Source: Phoronis australis (lineage: Eukaryota; Animalia; Phoronida). From it: a stretch of DNA of 64,000 nucleotides. Position numbers and translations under genes: made by a program. The notes beneath the pieces were generated by a model. It had not been told where the DNA came from. It did not search any database and was given only the letters and a program-made list of their open reading frames with translations. The stretch lies in assembly GCA_002633005.1 (NCBI GenBank), contig NMRA01000172.1, forward strand, positions 297,205-361,204, given 5' to 3'. Of the stretch, positions 52,001 to 63,080 are shown one piece after another. Numbering within the stretch: the first letter of the stretch is position 1; the number at the start of each line of letters is the position of its first letter.

Positions 52001-55000
52001 TAATGAAACCTAGTCGACTTTCTTTGAAATTGTGGACATTTATTTGAGTGCTGTATTGCCTGCAGTTGGAAGCAGAGGTCAATGTCGAATACCCGTTTCT
52101 ACTTCGCCAACCTCCCATCAGTTCATACAATGTGGAGCTACAGAATATCACTTTTAGTGGTCGTAATCTCTCTATCATGGATGCGAGTGCGTGTGCTTCG
52201 TAAGTATGTTTGGAAACCATTAGTGCCAGGAAAGATATAACGCTATATGCTAAGACATTTAAAACTTGACGTTTACAAAGTAAGACAATGTGGCAACAGA
52301 GAAATTAGTTTTCAATGTTTTTGATTAATTTATGAAATAGCACGTCTGACGCAAAGAGGTGTCTGACGCAAAGAAGGATCTGGCGCAAAGCCAGATATCG
52401 ACGTTGTGTGAATTGTAAGCTTATAGTAAACCCACCGTATTTGTTTAAGTAAAATTTGAATTAAGATATTGGCCATTATTCTGAACAACTGCGTTCAGCG
52501 TGTCGATATCAGTGTCAAAACCAGTAAAAACATTTCAGGTGGACCCGCACCAACTTGTCCCCTCGCAGCGGCATGAGCGTGCTAGAAGTTGAGTTACCAT
52601 CTGGTTACCAGATTTGGCAACAGTTGTTTAACGATCTTGTGGCGTCTGGAAAATACGAGCGATTGAAGAAGGCGGACTTCTCCGATGGACGAATCAAGTT
52701 TTACTTTGATTACGTAAGTTGAACTTCCTCGCAATTTTGTGAATTGGAAATCTTTGCTGGAATTTTATGCTTTTTAGAGCAGTAAAACTGCTTTTTCGGG
52801 AACTAAGTCTTGGTTCAATGTTTTGGGTAGCCCAAATGAATGGTCCCGATCGAATTTGTCATCGTACACTCGAATTTACTCCACCAGGAAAATGTAAAGA
52901 CCAACATACCTGCACTGTGCGCAGGTCATGAGTAACGAATGCCAAGACTTTGGCGGCAAAACTTATTTGAAAGCCGATGTCATGTAGCGAACGAAAGAAT
53001 GTTTAAAGGGCGTGTTCGCCACATGGTAATGTTTAGAACAATAAAACTGCTTTTTCAGAAACGAAACCTTGGGAAAATGCTTTAAGTAGCCCAAATGAAC
53101 GAGCTCAATCAAATTTGCCATCGTGCATGTGAATTTACTCCACCAGGAGACTGTACACCAACCGTAAAATACGGTCTCTGCTGTTGTATACGTATTGACT
53201 TTACTTTCCCGTATTTCACGGCGTATTTAGTGACCGCATTCACACATACATGAGATAAATTTTATTTTACGACCAATATATACATTTTTGTCTTCATTTT
53301 GGTGTTAAGCATGAACGACTTTTGGACAAGTAGGGGACGCTAGGTGTTCAAACAGCAAATCGGGCACCCACGCCTCAATTTCACGTCAAACATACCTACG
53401 TACATAATACGAACATACAGAAATACATACACACACACACATACGTGCACACATAACTGCATACACTCAAGTAGTAATTTGTCATGAATCTATGTTCAAA
53501 CATATACCGCGACTTGTAGTTCACTGCATTGTTTAGTTGCCTGTCTAACGATATCACATGTCAGCATTACTGACGATGGGCGCGGCAGCATTGTCAGAAA
53601 CTCTTTGCCACCCGTAGACCTCGAAATTACGGCCCTAGACAAACAAAAAGAAATTAATAGTTTGTAACCGTTTGCAGCCAGTGATCCGCCTTTATAATTC
53701 TTCGACAAATTCTGCCAGGAAAATAGAGCCGTGGCTTATCGCTGACGTTACATACACTAACAGTATAGCTTCAGCTTTGAGTGAAGCACCGTATCTTTTC
53801 TTTGTAATTCAGTGGCGGTGTTTGCAAATTCAAATATAAATGTCCGCATAAATAAAATGACAAATTTCACGTCTCTATGATCGTTCAAACCTTCATCGTT
53901 TTTTTTGCGATTTACTCAGGACGGATATGAGGATATACCGACCCTCTCAGAGGGCCAGCGCCACCTAACGTTCATTTTAGAGAGTTGGCACGACTGATAG
54001 GAACCCACTTGTTGAATGCTTGTACCGCGGATTGTAATGCAAAAATGACTTCCAAACGCAATTAAGTTGCAGAGGTGTTAACTGTATTTCGATTTTCGTT
54101 TCCTCAGCTGTTTTAGTGCCGGTTTTGGAAATGTAATCCACTTAGAAACTTGTTTTCTTTCAGCTGGATGGAGATATGACGTGCATTAATTTCACGGCCA
54201 AAAGGTGGCATCCTGTAGCCAACTACACGCGCGAGTATCTGCTTCGCGTCTACAGCTATTACGAAACGTGTATGTATATATATATATATTTTTTTTTTTT
54301 TAAATAAACTTTTCAAAATTTGCCTTGATAGAACCAAATAACGCATAGGCGGGTTCTGGTGTTTCTGTTAACACGAGCACAAACTCATTTAAGCGATATC
54401 CGCACACGATGCGGCAACTGCGAGCCCAAGTATGCATGGCCGTGACTGCACGACATAGGTTGCTCGCGCTTGGTGCTGCCTCCCCCCGTACAAGGCGTTC
54501 TAATCGTAGTCAGCGTCACGTGATTAACAAACGTATCACACGGCTAGTCATAGGCCTACTTCTAAGAGTCATATCAGAACTACGCAATCAAACGAATCCC
54601 CTATGCACACGGTGCAATGACTAATCGTCAGATCTTGCCAAGTCCAGAACTCACTCCTGACATTAATAACAGTCCAGATGTGACTGGTAATATTACGATA
54701 AATTACCTGTTAGCCTACTTGTTGACAAGAGGTTGGATTATAGTACATAGTAAGACTTTCAGTAGCTCTCAAATGTAAGCGACTTTAAACATTCGTAAAG
54801 TAGCTATTAGTTAATTGGCAATTAACTGTAATTAAATGTTTACATCATGCCGACTGATCGAGAGAGGGTGACTGATCGAGAGCGGGTGACTGATCGAGAG
54901 AGGGTGACTGATCGAGAGCGGGTGACTGATCGAGAGAGGGTGAAGTTTAAAGCGGAATTAAGCTCAATCCGAAATGCTTTCTGTCAAACATTCAAGTTTT

Positions 55001-55477
55001 AATTTACGTCACTGTTGATCTTGTATTCCCTACTCCTCAAAATTATATTGACCGCGCTAGTTTGATAAAATAAGAATGAAGGTGTACATTAAACAAAAAA
55101 TGACGCTAATGAGACCTGTTGCCGCTGTGTGTAACGGAATGTCCCAAGTTGATATTCATATTACCAAAACGGGGCTCAATTTATACCTATGATAACCTTT
55201 GCCGAGACCCCAGAACACACGTACTTGTGGAACGCTTCACGTAAGACCGACTTGATTTTCAGCCAATCACAACACGTCGATGTACTGGGCCGAAGGTCTC
55301 ACGCGTCTTGACATCTGCCAAGTGTGTGGCTCTTGGCAATGTCCCTACTGTCCCTTCTACAATACAGCGACATCTACAGCCACCTTCAGTGAAACTATGT
55401 TGGTTACAGCGCTCATTGCTGCAGTACTTGTACAAAGATTCAGTCTGCTATCTAATTTCTGCTTGAATTTGCACTGA
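28002..55477 (+). CDS. Mcr: Paralog B: complete Mcr/CD109-like thioester-containing protein with LDLa module, 33 coding exons, 1565 aa
   Basis: Exons sum to 4698 nt, open frame, all GT-AG with matching phases. Signal peptide, PTYLLAAPRKVRP, FIQTSKPLY.QGQTVRFR, FKPGMPF, MVPSARILVY..GEVVADS, LDLa, PYACGEQ, MG8 motif, CQVCGSWQCPYC, hydrophobic tail. LDLa plus the C-terminal Cys motif is the Mcr/Tep6 architecture. Confidence 0.93.
28681..28864 (+). CDS. B exon 2 (TYLLAAPRKVRPNQV, MG1)
   Basis: Typical TEP N-terminal motif; AG/GT boundaries. Confidence 0.92.
29771..29939 (+). CDS. B exon 3 (MPENS...FIQTSKPLYMQGQT)
   Basis: MG2 motif of the FIQTDKP.Y.PGQ type. Confidence 0.93.
30497..30567 (+). 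CDS. B exon 4 (VRFRVIPV...DIYVY)
   Basis: Phase 1 to 0; MG2 motif VRFR. Confidence 0.9.
31311..31362 (+). CDS. B exon 5 (DGKGLMVKRWQNQQTLS)
   Basis: Phase 0 to 1; D..G..V.RW motif. Confidence 0.88.
31701..31846. mobile_element. GC-rich MITE (hAT5-like)
   Basis: TIR catgggcggcg...cgccgcccatg; flanks cttca / tttca (4 of 5 match). Confidence 0.7.
32284..32363 (+). CDS. B exon 6 (GIIDKEIEI...YGEWTISVIAF)
   Basis: Phase 1 to 0; G.W.I motif. Confidence 0.9.
32980..33019 (+). CDS. B exon 7 (EHTYDKKFVVTEF)
   Basis: Phase 0 to 1; F.V.E[FY] motif. Confidence 0.88.
34140..34224 (+). CDS. B exon 8 (YHNEFYINVSTVPYM...VSA)
   Basis: Phase 1 to 2; AG/GT boundaries. Confidence 0.87.
35270..35381 (+). CDS. 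B exon 9 (NHSTGYAVRGNASIT...)
   Basis: Phase 2 to 0; MG3 motif G..V.G. Confidence 0.87.
36544..36771 (+). CDS. B exon 10 (FDGRTDF...FKPGMPFKAY)
   Basis: FKPG.PF motif. Confidence 0.92.
37111..37302 (+). CDS. B exon 11 (LASSNHNGSP...QIIME)
   Basis: Phase 0 to 0, 192 nt. Confidence 0.87.
37382..37525. mobile_element. Degenerate MITE of the gcggatcc-TIR type
   Basis: cataagcggatcca...tggatccgcaattatg; no TSD recognised. Confidence 0.5.
38102..38206 (+). CDS. B exon 12 (ARYED...YSPTDSFIQITSST)
   Basis: YSP..S[FY]IQ motif. Confidence 0.9.
38819..38881 (+). CDS. B exon 13 (VNEFMVFTVSTN...HYM)
   Basis: Phase 0 to 0, 63 nt. Confidence 0.88.
39277..39468 (+). CDS. B exon 14 (VVAAGNIV...MVPSARILVY...GEVVADS)
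   Basis: Canonical MG5 motifs. Confidence 0.94.
39719..39868 (+). CDS. B exon 15 (VSVKLNRGKDFSGNTVEV...)
   Basis: Phase 0 to 0, MG6. Confidence 0.92.
40287..40424 (+). CDS. B exon 16 (VVDEMFSYD...RQRR...PDANKTFA)
   Basis: Phase 0 to 0; missed by the ORF track. Confidence 0.9.
41162..41367. repeat. 34-35-bp minisatellite x6 with higher-order (ABC)2 structure
   Basis: Unit aatgagaggcc(c)gtg(c/t)tacacgcacag(tttt/cgct)acc; variant order repeats every 103 bp. Confidence 0.9.
41788..41836 (+). CDS. B exon 17 (FAGLHVYTDAKLIEVP)
   Basis: TEP motif GL.V.TD. Confidence 0.9.
42880..42996 (+). CDS. B exon 18, LDL-receptor class A module
   Basis: CNFTLGELPCWHGECYRNHTRCNGVFDCKRDGADEFG(C); phase 1-1 symmetric exon. 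Confidence 0.93.
43212..43317 (+). CDS. B exon 19 (CEKKP...DWMWKGSYT)
   Basis: Supplies the sixth LDLa Cys; W.W motif ending the bait-like region. Confidence 0.9.
43845..43962 (+). CDS. B exon 20 (PDGRIDI...WAINAFAISRNKGLGI)
   Basis: TEP motif W...AF......GLG. Confidence 0.93.
44112..44232. mobile_element. GC-rich MITE with 5-bp TSD (hAT5-like)
   Basis: cataggcggatttagg...cctagatccgccactg; TSD aacaa / aacaa. Confidence 0.8.
44515..44745 (+). CDS. B exon 21 (YDGTRTFYMEV...GEQVGFRVALFNY)
   Basis: MG7 motif GE......VFNY. Confidence 0.92.
45357..45485 (+). CDS. B exon 22 (IKPGTSRYVFFPV...TINVR)
   Basis: Phase 0 to 0. Confidence 0.92.
45581..45844. mobile_element. MITE with 5-bp TSD (hAT5-like)
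   Basis: catgggcgcaccc...gggtacgcgcatg; TSD acatc / acatc. Confidence 0.82.
46505..46676 (+). CDS. B exon 23 (PNGVRNYYHTPFLLDL..., CUB N-half)
   Basis: 51 of 57 aa identical to paralog A. Confidence 0.94.
46924..47112 (+). CDS. B exon 24, thioester exon (PYACGEQTL)
   Basis: CGEQ codons at 46995-47006. Confidence 0.95.
47152..48070. mobile_element. Foldback-type element with ~280-bp imperfect inverted arms
   Basis: ttatcccatacgcgttgaatctgt...ctctgacatggaaagtt...aggtcaatgtcgactcga (left) pairs with tcgagtcgacattgacct...aactttccatgtcagag...acagattcaacacgtatgggataa (right). Confidence 0.85.
48363..48433 (-). mobile_element. tRNA-derived SINE head, decayed
   Basis: Minus strand: A-box-like tggccttgtgg and B-box ggttcgagtc at tRNA-like spacing; stems do not close. 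Confidence 0.4.
48531..48913 (+). CDS. B exon 25, TED (SVWLTS...FQETADVYDRNM...LTAHV)
   Basis: Single 383-nt exon equivalent to two exons in A. Confidence 0.94.
49294..49468 (+). CDS. B exon 26 (DAKSS...DPYTMAITTYAL)
   Basis: 175 nt; missed by the ORF track. Confidence 0.92.
50539..50771 (+). CDS. B exon 27 (EYDYWS...AGFSATA)
   Basis: 233 nt. Confidence 0.93.
51060..51212 (+). CDS. B exon 28 (DSLLALNALIAYA...)
   Basis: 153 nt. Confidence 0.93.
51750..51812 (+). CDS. B exon 29 (LPVQFGSVKISAQGSGLALVQ)
   Basis: 63 nt. Confidence 0.92.
52066..52199 (+). CDS. B exon 30 (LEAEVNVEYPFLLRQPP...ACA)
   Basis: 134 nt. Confidence 0.92.
52539..52713 (+). CDS. B exon 31, MG8 (SGMSVLEVELPSGY...FYFDY)
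   Basis: 175 nt. Confidence 0.93.
52775..53155. repeat. Two diverged ~120-bp direct repeats ~260 bp apart
   Basis: aaaactgctttttc...gtagcccaaatgaa...gaatttactccaccagga at ~52784-52889 and ~53043-53148. Confidence 0.75.
54164..54269 (+). CDS. B exon 32 (LDGDMTCINFTAKRWHPVANYT...YSYYET)
   Basis: 106 nt. Confidence 0.92.
54852..54941. repeat. 18-bp tandem repeat x5 with strictly alternating variants
   Basis: gactgatcgagag(a/c)gggt in the order a,c,a,c,a. Confidence 0.92.
55263..55477 (+). CDS. B exon 33 (Cys-rich motif, hydrophobic anchor, stop TGA)
   Basis: LDICQVCGSWQCPYCPFYN followed by MLVTALIAAVLV. Confidence 0.93.
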
Positions 55478-57743
55478 TTGAAATTTTGTTCGTCTTCATG
55501 TTATGGTTATATGTTCGTTTAAAACGAAGTCACGTGACATTTAGGCGGAATAATCAAGTAGGTTTTACACATTTTGTTTTAAAAATGAACAAATTTGCAA
55601 TGTTTAAAGTGATTGTATAAATTTATAATAATCAGTTTATTTCATACGTAAATGCAGTGTTCAAATTTGAGTGTTTGCGACAATGGTGGCCGCCAACGTC
55701 ACAATGCAGGCGAGTGAAAATTGTTGAAAATTTTCTCAATAGATTACAAAGTTTAATACATGGCCGCCGTGGTTGAGCAGAAGAAATACGTGCATGCTCA
55801 CTTATTTCTTTTACAACGCGAAAATTGACCTTTTTGAAATTTTGAATTACTTTTCTGCTGTTTCCAGTCCCTCTCTTTTGTACGAACTTGTACGCTTATA
55901 AAGCCCGGAATAAGTCGGGCTATATCTTTATGATCGTGTTTCCAGTTCTTTGTGGGCGTTGGATTTTGTCGATCAAATTTGAACTCTGCTTTGTTTTGTA
56001 CATTCCAAGAGATAGTTTCTCGCTACACTTCTTCCATATAATGTCGTTTTTTGTACATATTGAGATAACTGTTGAATAGCTGTAATTTTTACTTTCGCAG
56101 AAAGCTATGAAGGGAGTTTTATATTTAAGCTGAGCTTAGTTAAGGGTACAATTTGCTTTTTTAAAATGGAACTTTGTGGTCCATTTGTAGGAAATGCTTT
56201 AATGACGGACAGTAAGTGAGATGTTTGTATTCATTTCACGGTTTTTTTCTGCCGTCTTTAATGTTTCATTGTCAGTTTTATATGCTTTTGAAGCAAGGGA
56301 CCAGTTCTTAAGAAATGGATTGGACTGTGTTCTTTATTGTTTGCTTTAGACATTACCCTTGTAGAGTTGGTAATAGAACCCTTGCACGATCCGCAGAACA
56401 CTTACAGGTTTTTATAACGGGTGCTGAACAATAACAGCTCTCTACAAAACAATTATCACGCACCGCAAGAACTCTGTCCACGCAAAGTACCGTTACCAGG
56501 GAACTGGATAACAAATCACTTGCAAGCACTCTTACCATGCACCAGGGTTATTTGCTCGTGCGCGTGGTAAGTGTTCTTTTAGCCTTGGTACAAAGGTGTA
56601 TGCTAAATATGCAGCCTTTCGCCGATGTGAGTAAAAAAGTGGTAAGATAAAATCTGACACAAAATTAGTTTCATTAAAGACTACAGTCTTCCTTGAGTAA
56701 ACTAAATTATTTAACAGTGTTGGAAAAAATGGCGTTCTGCCGTTATTCTGCTGCTAAAGTGGTGGAGCGATCTTTAGCGACGGCTTTCAGCGCCATGAAA
56801 TATTGCGTCACCTATTGACCAGTTTCGTTTTTCACCTACATGTAAACGGCTGCAACGTGCAAGGTGAGTGTTGGTTGACACCTAGATTTTCCATGCACCC
56901 TTGCCGGTTCTTAGCTCTAGATGTTGATTTAGGTTTCACAACGAGATGATTAGCAGACTTACCCAGGCTTTGTGAAAATTTGGGTCTAATGGAGCTCAAC
57001 ACAAAGTTAAACCTCGCTGTATTTTGACGATAAGTCTTCATACAGCTAGCTGGCTGGCTAGTGCTCTTTGTGCGTGTTAGCTCCACTCGCGTGGCAAGGA
57101 TTTCGCTCTGTTGCAAGTGTTATGTGGCTGTGGTATGGGTTTGATTGCTCGCCTTGGGACAGAGTATCCTAACGTACCACACGCGATAGTGTTTGAATAC
57201 TGTCTGTCTGTTTGAACTACCATATTGTCAAGTGTTATGTTGTAACATTCAACAAGAGTTAGTTAGGATTAGGCCAAAAACTTGGTTAGTTCTGCTCTGG
57301 GAGTTTTAAACATCTACATGTAGTCGGTGGTACGGTAGTTGTTCATTTTTCATAAAAATTCCACCCGAGATGCACAAAACTGGTGCATTTCAAACCTTGC
57401 TTAAGACACGTGCCTTTACGCAGCTTTTCAAAAAAAAAAAATAAGTAAACAGAATTTCAAAACACTTTTCTTTGTTGAAATTAATGCGGCAGACTATGCG
57501 TGTGTAGTCAATGAGCACAGGTCTCAAAATGACGTTATAGGCTGCCATACACAAACCATTTTTTGTCACCGTATATAAACTGCTTCTCGTTATCAGTCGC
57601 TTACAGACATTTCCACGCTGTATGTACTGCTATGGCTTGGAAATTTGTCCATCAGTTCTTTTATTCTTGTGCATAGTACTTCCGGTATATGTTTTATGAA
57701 AAGTGAAGAAATTTTGTCTTACGCTTCTACTTGGATATTAATG

Positions 57744-57749
57744 AATAAA
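57744..57749 (+). terminator. Candidate polyadenylation signal of paralog B
   Basis: AATAAA about 2.3 kb after the stop, ending a T-rich UTR-like stretch. Confidence 0.3.
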
Positions 57750-60700
57750 GTTTTTGCCATGAAGTTGTTAGAAACGTAATTTATTCAAACTCTCGTTCAA
57801 AAACCACCAACTAAACACATCCGGGGATTAGAGAAAACCTTGTTAACATTATACACGTATTATTAAGCATTCTTCATACAGATCCCACTCTAAAATACGT
57901 CTTGATCTTTATCAATTTCTCTTGACCGTTTCAGGATATATTTTTTGCAACCTCAAATGTTTTGAAATTTTTCCTAGACGTGTACGAAACAGCACAGGAT
58001 AATTTGATTGGCCGCTTTAGAGCTGCGACAGTTAGACTGGGAACCTTTTCATGAAAAGTGATTAAAGAAATGTATTTGGTCTCACGCTGACACTTCACAA
58101 TTACTGAATAAATGTTTAGCCAAGTATTCATGAACGAATCGTACTCTAAAAATAATTTCCGGAAGTTGTCTCAGAAATTAGCAGTTTTGTACGTAATCTC
58201 AGAGACTTTGCACATTTGCTCTAGCGAGATTTAATTATTTTTAAGAAATAGCATGAAACGCAAATCCAAATTTCTGAGTAATAGCTTTCAATCACTTTCC
58301 ATGAAACAGATCCCGTATCTACATATACACGTATGCGGATCACTGGCATGTCTTGTGGGCCAAAAAGGGCGAATTCGAAAAATACGGTTGAGGGAGTTTA
58401 TTTTGGGTTGGTGCACTAATACTGAAGAGAGGACATGAGTCGCCACCTGTAGTTTAGCAGCTGTCAAATCATGTAAAAAGTGACCTTGCTATTCTCTGGA
58501 TAAATCTGCATGAAAGAAATTATAATTTTAAAAAAGCGAAAGGGTGCAATGGCCGTGACGATACAGGTATACGGTTTTATTTATCTAATACAACACAAAG
58601 CCCATCCTCGATGTGCAATACAGAGGTTTGAAAGACAGGATAGAATAGGCATTTCTATTGCGTTAATAGTCTTCGTAACTATATGCCAAGCTTGCTGGCA
58701 GCAGATCCGGTTAGCATTGATGGCTCTTCTTTCAGAAACGGCTGCCATTCTTGTTCAACATACTTTTGAAACACCGAACCTGAAACTGAAAAAGTTAACA
58801 TTTCAGTGTTTGCATTTGATTGGTGGACCTCCCCACTGAGTTTCGAAACGTTTTGAGTAATACCGATCAAATACTAGTTTTCTCAAATGACAAGTTGCAT
58901 AGGGTAGTTCTTGGAATATTACCGACAGTCTAAGTGGTGGAAAATTATCTCCGAACCTTTGCTCAACAGCTGACTACAATTTTCTTCTTTCTTGTGAATT
59001 CACGTCCTCTACTCCATGCAGTAACTGTGAGCCAGCATGGCGATCCCGGCTAACCGCCACTGGCGTGACGTAAACTTTAACCAAATCAAAAGAAAAAAAT
59101 GAGTATGAGTGAAGAAATTTAATCGTTTTGAATAAAGAGCTCCAAACAAATGTAGTAGGTGTTTGCAGAAATAAAGTGCTTGCAACTCTGCTCTCCACGT
59201 TGTTGCCAACTCTACGTCTTTAATTAAGTATTGTTCATTATTTCATTTCGGCAAAAGTCCAATGGTTCATTCAATCGATTTCAGTCAACAGCAGTATTTG
59301 CCAAGTAGTGCCTGGTAGAGAAATATTAAACGTGCATACACAGGATAGCTTGGCGGTGTCATTATCCGTGATAATTACAGCTTGAATATTTCAAAGAAAG
59401 AGTTATGCACCTGCGGTCATCTTAAACTGTTATGACATTAGCGACATTTAAAGGAACGTTTCCGAATTGAAAAATTTCTGTTACACTCGGTCCATACCTG
59501 GCTTCAAAATGACGCGATTTGAAATAACCTTAAATATTCAATTTAGATATTGTGAAATTTACCGTCGGGTTACCGTGACCGTAAATTGAGAAAAGCAACT
59601 AGATGCCCTTTGGTAAACAAGAATGTCGCTTTCCCATTCCGGACTGCTGTGTACATCGCCCGATTGTCGGCGACGACATCATATACGAAATTATTTGCGA
59701 CAGTCGGGTGTGTACACAGGACTTAACGTGGCCACGTATTCTGGAAGTGAAGTAATAACATTGTAGTTTATTCATACGATTTACAATTATAGTGTTTTGA
59801 CGTCAAAAGTGAGAAAGCGGCAATCACAGGTTACATAAACCTCCAAAACCCGGCAATTTCCTGCACACAAAGTACTAAGAACGAAACTATAAATTTCGCC
59901 ACAGCCTTTAATTGATTTAATATTAATGGCTGTCTCATATTCCAATAATATCAGTTATCTGTCGAATTCAGTGTCCAGTGTTGTGTTGACCAAAGGGGAG
60001 CGACCACTACATAAGTGTGCGCACCAGGCTACCAACACATTTGCCTGTTTTGTTGCTCTGTTGGTTTTACTTATTCATTCGTCTGCAGAGGAAAGACAAG
60101 AACGACCAACTTGAAATCAATTTTGGTTTCTCGTTGACGATTGAACACTCCATCTTGTGGTGAGAAAGGTACGTTCTTCTCATTGTTCACACTAAGCGTC
60201 GAAAATGCGTTTTTATTGATATTAATGTAAAGCGAGTTTAAAAGGACATTATTGGTTTTACGGCCCAGAACGCATTTTGAAATTACTGTTTGGTGAGACT
60301 GGAGACTTTTTAGAGTTATTAGGTTGGACTTTAGGCTATGAAACGAAATCCGTTCTTTTGTGATTTCATTAGAAATTTTCAAATTATCAACGCTGTCTGA
60401 CTGACATTCGTTGAAATCAAGGCCGGTGACATTTTGCATTGCACACAATCACATATGAACGAGTGCCAAATATGCGTTCTCAAAAGAACGAGCTGGCGTC
60501 CCATAAGCCCTGTGCTTTTCCGATTAACCCTTTAAATATTTGTTTCTCTCCTTTGAGTAAACCGGTAGGCGTACTATTTGTGAGTCTAAACTCGTTCATG
60601 ATAAGAATCGAAAGAAACAATTCTTTTGTCATATAAAATGTTTTGAGAGCACGCAGTCTTTGGCGTGTGGGTAAACAAATTTAATTTCAATTTAGGGCTT

Positions 60701-62007
60701 TCCTGCCAAGTGTTAATTTTATTTTGCAAAAATGCCATGGCTTTATTATCAAGAGAAATCAATATTGAGCCCTATCATTTAATATGTCCAATCGAGTTAC
60801 CAGTTTCATGAAGAAACGCGCAATCCCGTCCCACTAAAACTTCTGCGATCTGCCAGTATCCACTCGACTCTCCCTGGATTCCTCCATCATCGACAAGTCA
60901 ATCCTGAAAAACGTCTTTGGCGAGTTTTAGCATGACAGTTAATTTGTTGTACCCACAATAGCATTTGGCATTTGCACCGTAAAGAACTATTTGCACAAAC
61001 GTTCGATAGTCATTATTTATCAGTGATTTGTGATGAAAGTGAAGGTCCTTTGTCTCTGATTTACGGAAAGCCGTTATCGTTCATGACCTGCGAATAGAAA
61101 TCTATGGACTTTTTGGAATTCTTGGTAGGGTGGCGTCGTTAAAGTCAACTTGGTAGAGACCAAATTTTTCCACGTAACCAATGGCCCATTCAAAGTTATC
61201 CATCAGCGACCACGCTCAGTGTGTATCCCTTTACGTTTACTCCGTCCAAGACCACAGGTGTAAAATAACGTAACGCGTTAACGTTAGAATTCTCTTGCTG
61301 TTTCTTGTAACGAAGTTCAAGGAAAATTTCGAGATTTCACCGAAACCAAGCTTTCACGAAACCGAAAGTCGAAATCACTTGAATTCACTGAGTAATGTTG
61401 TTGCAAAATCGCCGTCTCAGTTGCCAAGTCATTCGTCAGCTCTTGGGTCTGGTAGTGTAACAAAAATTTCTTGGGAGCTTATGGAATTTTAAACGTCCTT
61501 GCGTATGAAATCCAACTACAAATGGCTTCGATAAGCATGCTTGAGTCGAACTCGGAAATCGAAGCGCTGGAACCCCAGTCCGACGACAATATATTCCCGA
61601 GTGACGAAGACTATTTTTTACAGGCATGCGGGAGAACTTAGTCCGAATCAAGTTATGCCGAGGCAGAGTATAAATTAAGTTGAGCAAAGAGCCGGGTTAT
61701 ACTCAGAGGGCGTGAAATGTTTGCCACACCCTTTTCTCAGCTAGATGTCCAAACGAGCAAATTAGCAATAACGTGAATGCACTGAAATAAATATCGAAAA
61801 CTCACCGCAATTTCACTTTCATTTCTCTCGCAGTAAGTTTTTTAAAGTACATTTTGTATTCGCATTCGCAATTTGTATGAAAATTCTGAATTTAGGACTC
61901 GAAATGCGCTATCATGCACAGACAACAATTGTTTTAAATACACAAGGTCATGTAGCCTCTTGCCCCATCCGACCTCAATTGCATTCATGGTAGAAGTTCC
62001 TAGATCC

Positions 62008-62169
62008 CAGGGTCGGATCCAGGACTCCGAGTTTGGGGGAAAGGAGACAGGGCAGAGTGTTAGCTAGAATTTTGCCCCTCAGACATTCGTACTCCAAACT
62101 GCCAAATGGGATCTGGGAAATTTTTATGAGGGGCCATGACCACTTTGCCCCCCGCTAAATCCGCCACTG
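62008..62169. mobile_element. GC-rich MITE with 5-bp TSD (hAT5-like)
   Basis: cagggtcggatccagga...ctaaatccgccactg; TSD gatcc / gatcc. Confidence 0.78.
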
Positions 62170-63008
62170 GATCCGTAGATCAAGGGTGCTCTAAGTGGAA
62201 AATTATAAACAGGAAATTAACATTCCTAAAGCAAAAACCAAGTGTTTCTAATAACAGGATTTGGTAATCTCCTATTTATCCTAGATATGGTTTAGGTGCA
62301 GAGCATGGAATATGATTTCAATAATATTGCAGACGGGTAGCTATTTCATAGCTATTCAAATTGGGCCACTTTCCTCTGCTCAGTGTGGCAACAAATGTCA
62401 ATTCACACCATTGAAAAGCCTAATTTGTTACAGTTTCAGTCCAGTAATATGTTCGCTAACGTCCTTCCGTCATCCGAGTCCAGACTTCGTCTTCCATTTT
62501 AGTTAATTTACTATATAGCGCACACGGTGAAAGCTTTTTGAAATTTGGCGCAGATCTTCCCGGTATGATGATGTACAATCCTTGTGAGTAGTGTCTGACC
62601 CAACGGCATGCCGAGCTTTCAATACGCTAGAGTTTCTTCAAACACCTCGTACTACACACCAATTTACGTTAACAAAGTTATGTTTAAAAAAACCCAATTA
62701 TCGCAAAAACCTACGGCCAGGGATTTTGTCTGGTCTCGGGGGAGGGATTGAAAATGGTGAATCAAATTTTAATGTTTTATTAATGATTTATATCGATACG
62801 TTTGTGAACAAGTTTGACCCTAAAGGATAACGGATTTCGTTCATGGTGTCGGTATCGTTTAGTTTTCATGGCTGCAGATCCTTATGTTTTGACGTTTAAA
62901 CAAAGCGGGGTTCGCCGTATAATACTGGGTCACAATTTGTTACAAGAGCCTACTTTGTTACCAAATTGTGACAAAACGGGACCCAACACGTGCTCCGATT
63001 TATTACAA

Positions 63009-63080
63009 CATAGGCAGATTTAGGGGGGGGGGGGGGGCAGGGGGCCCGCCCCGCCCCCTTGGCTGCCGCAAAAAATAAAA
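63009..63080. mobile_element. Left end of the same MITE family; right end not found
   Basis: cataggcagatttagg followed by poly-G, as at 44112 and 18151. Confidence 0.55.

Noticed and set aside
60071-60448. 125-aa minus-strand ORF
   Set aside because: No recognisable domain or splice context.
61522-61640. Short acidic ORF MASISMLESNSEIE...DEDYFLQACGRT*
   Set aside because: Could be a transposon remnant, but too short to support a call without a search.
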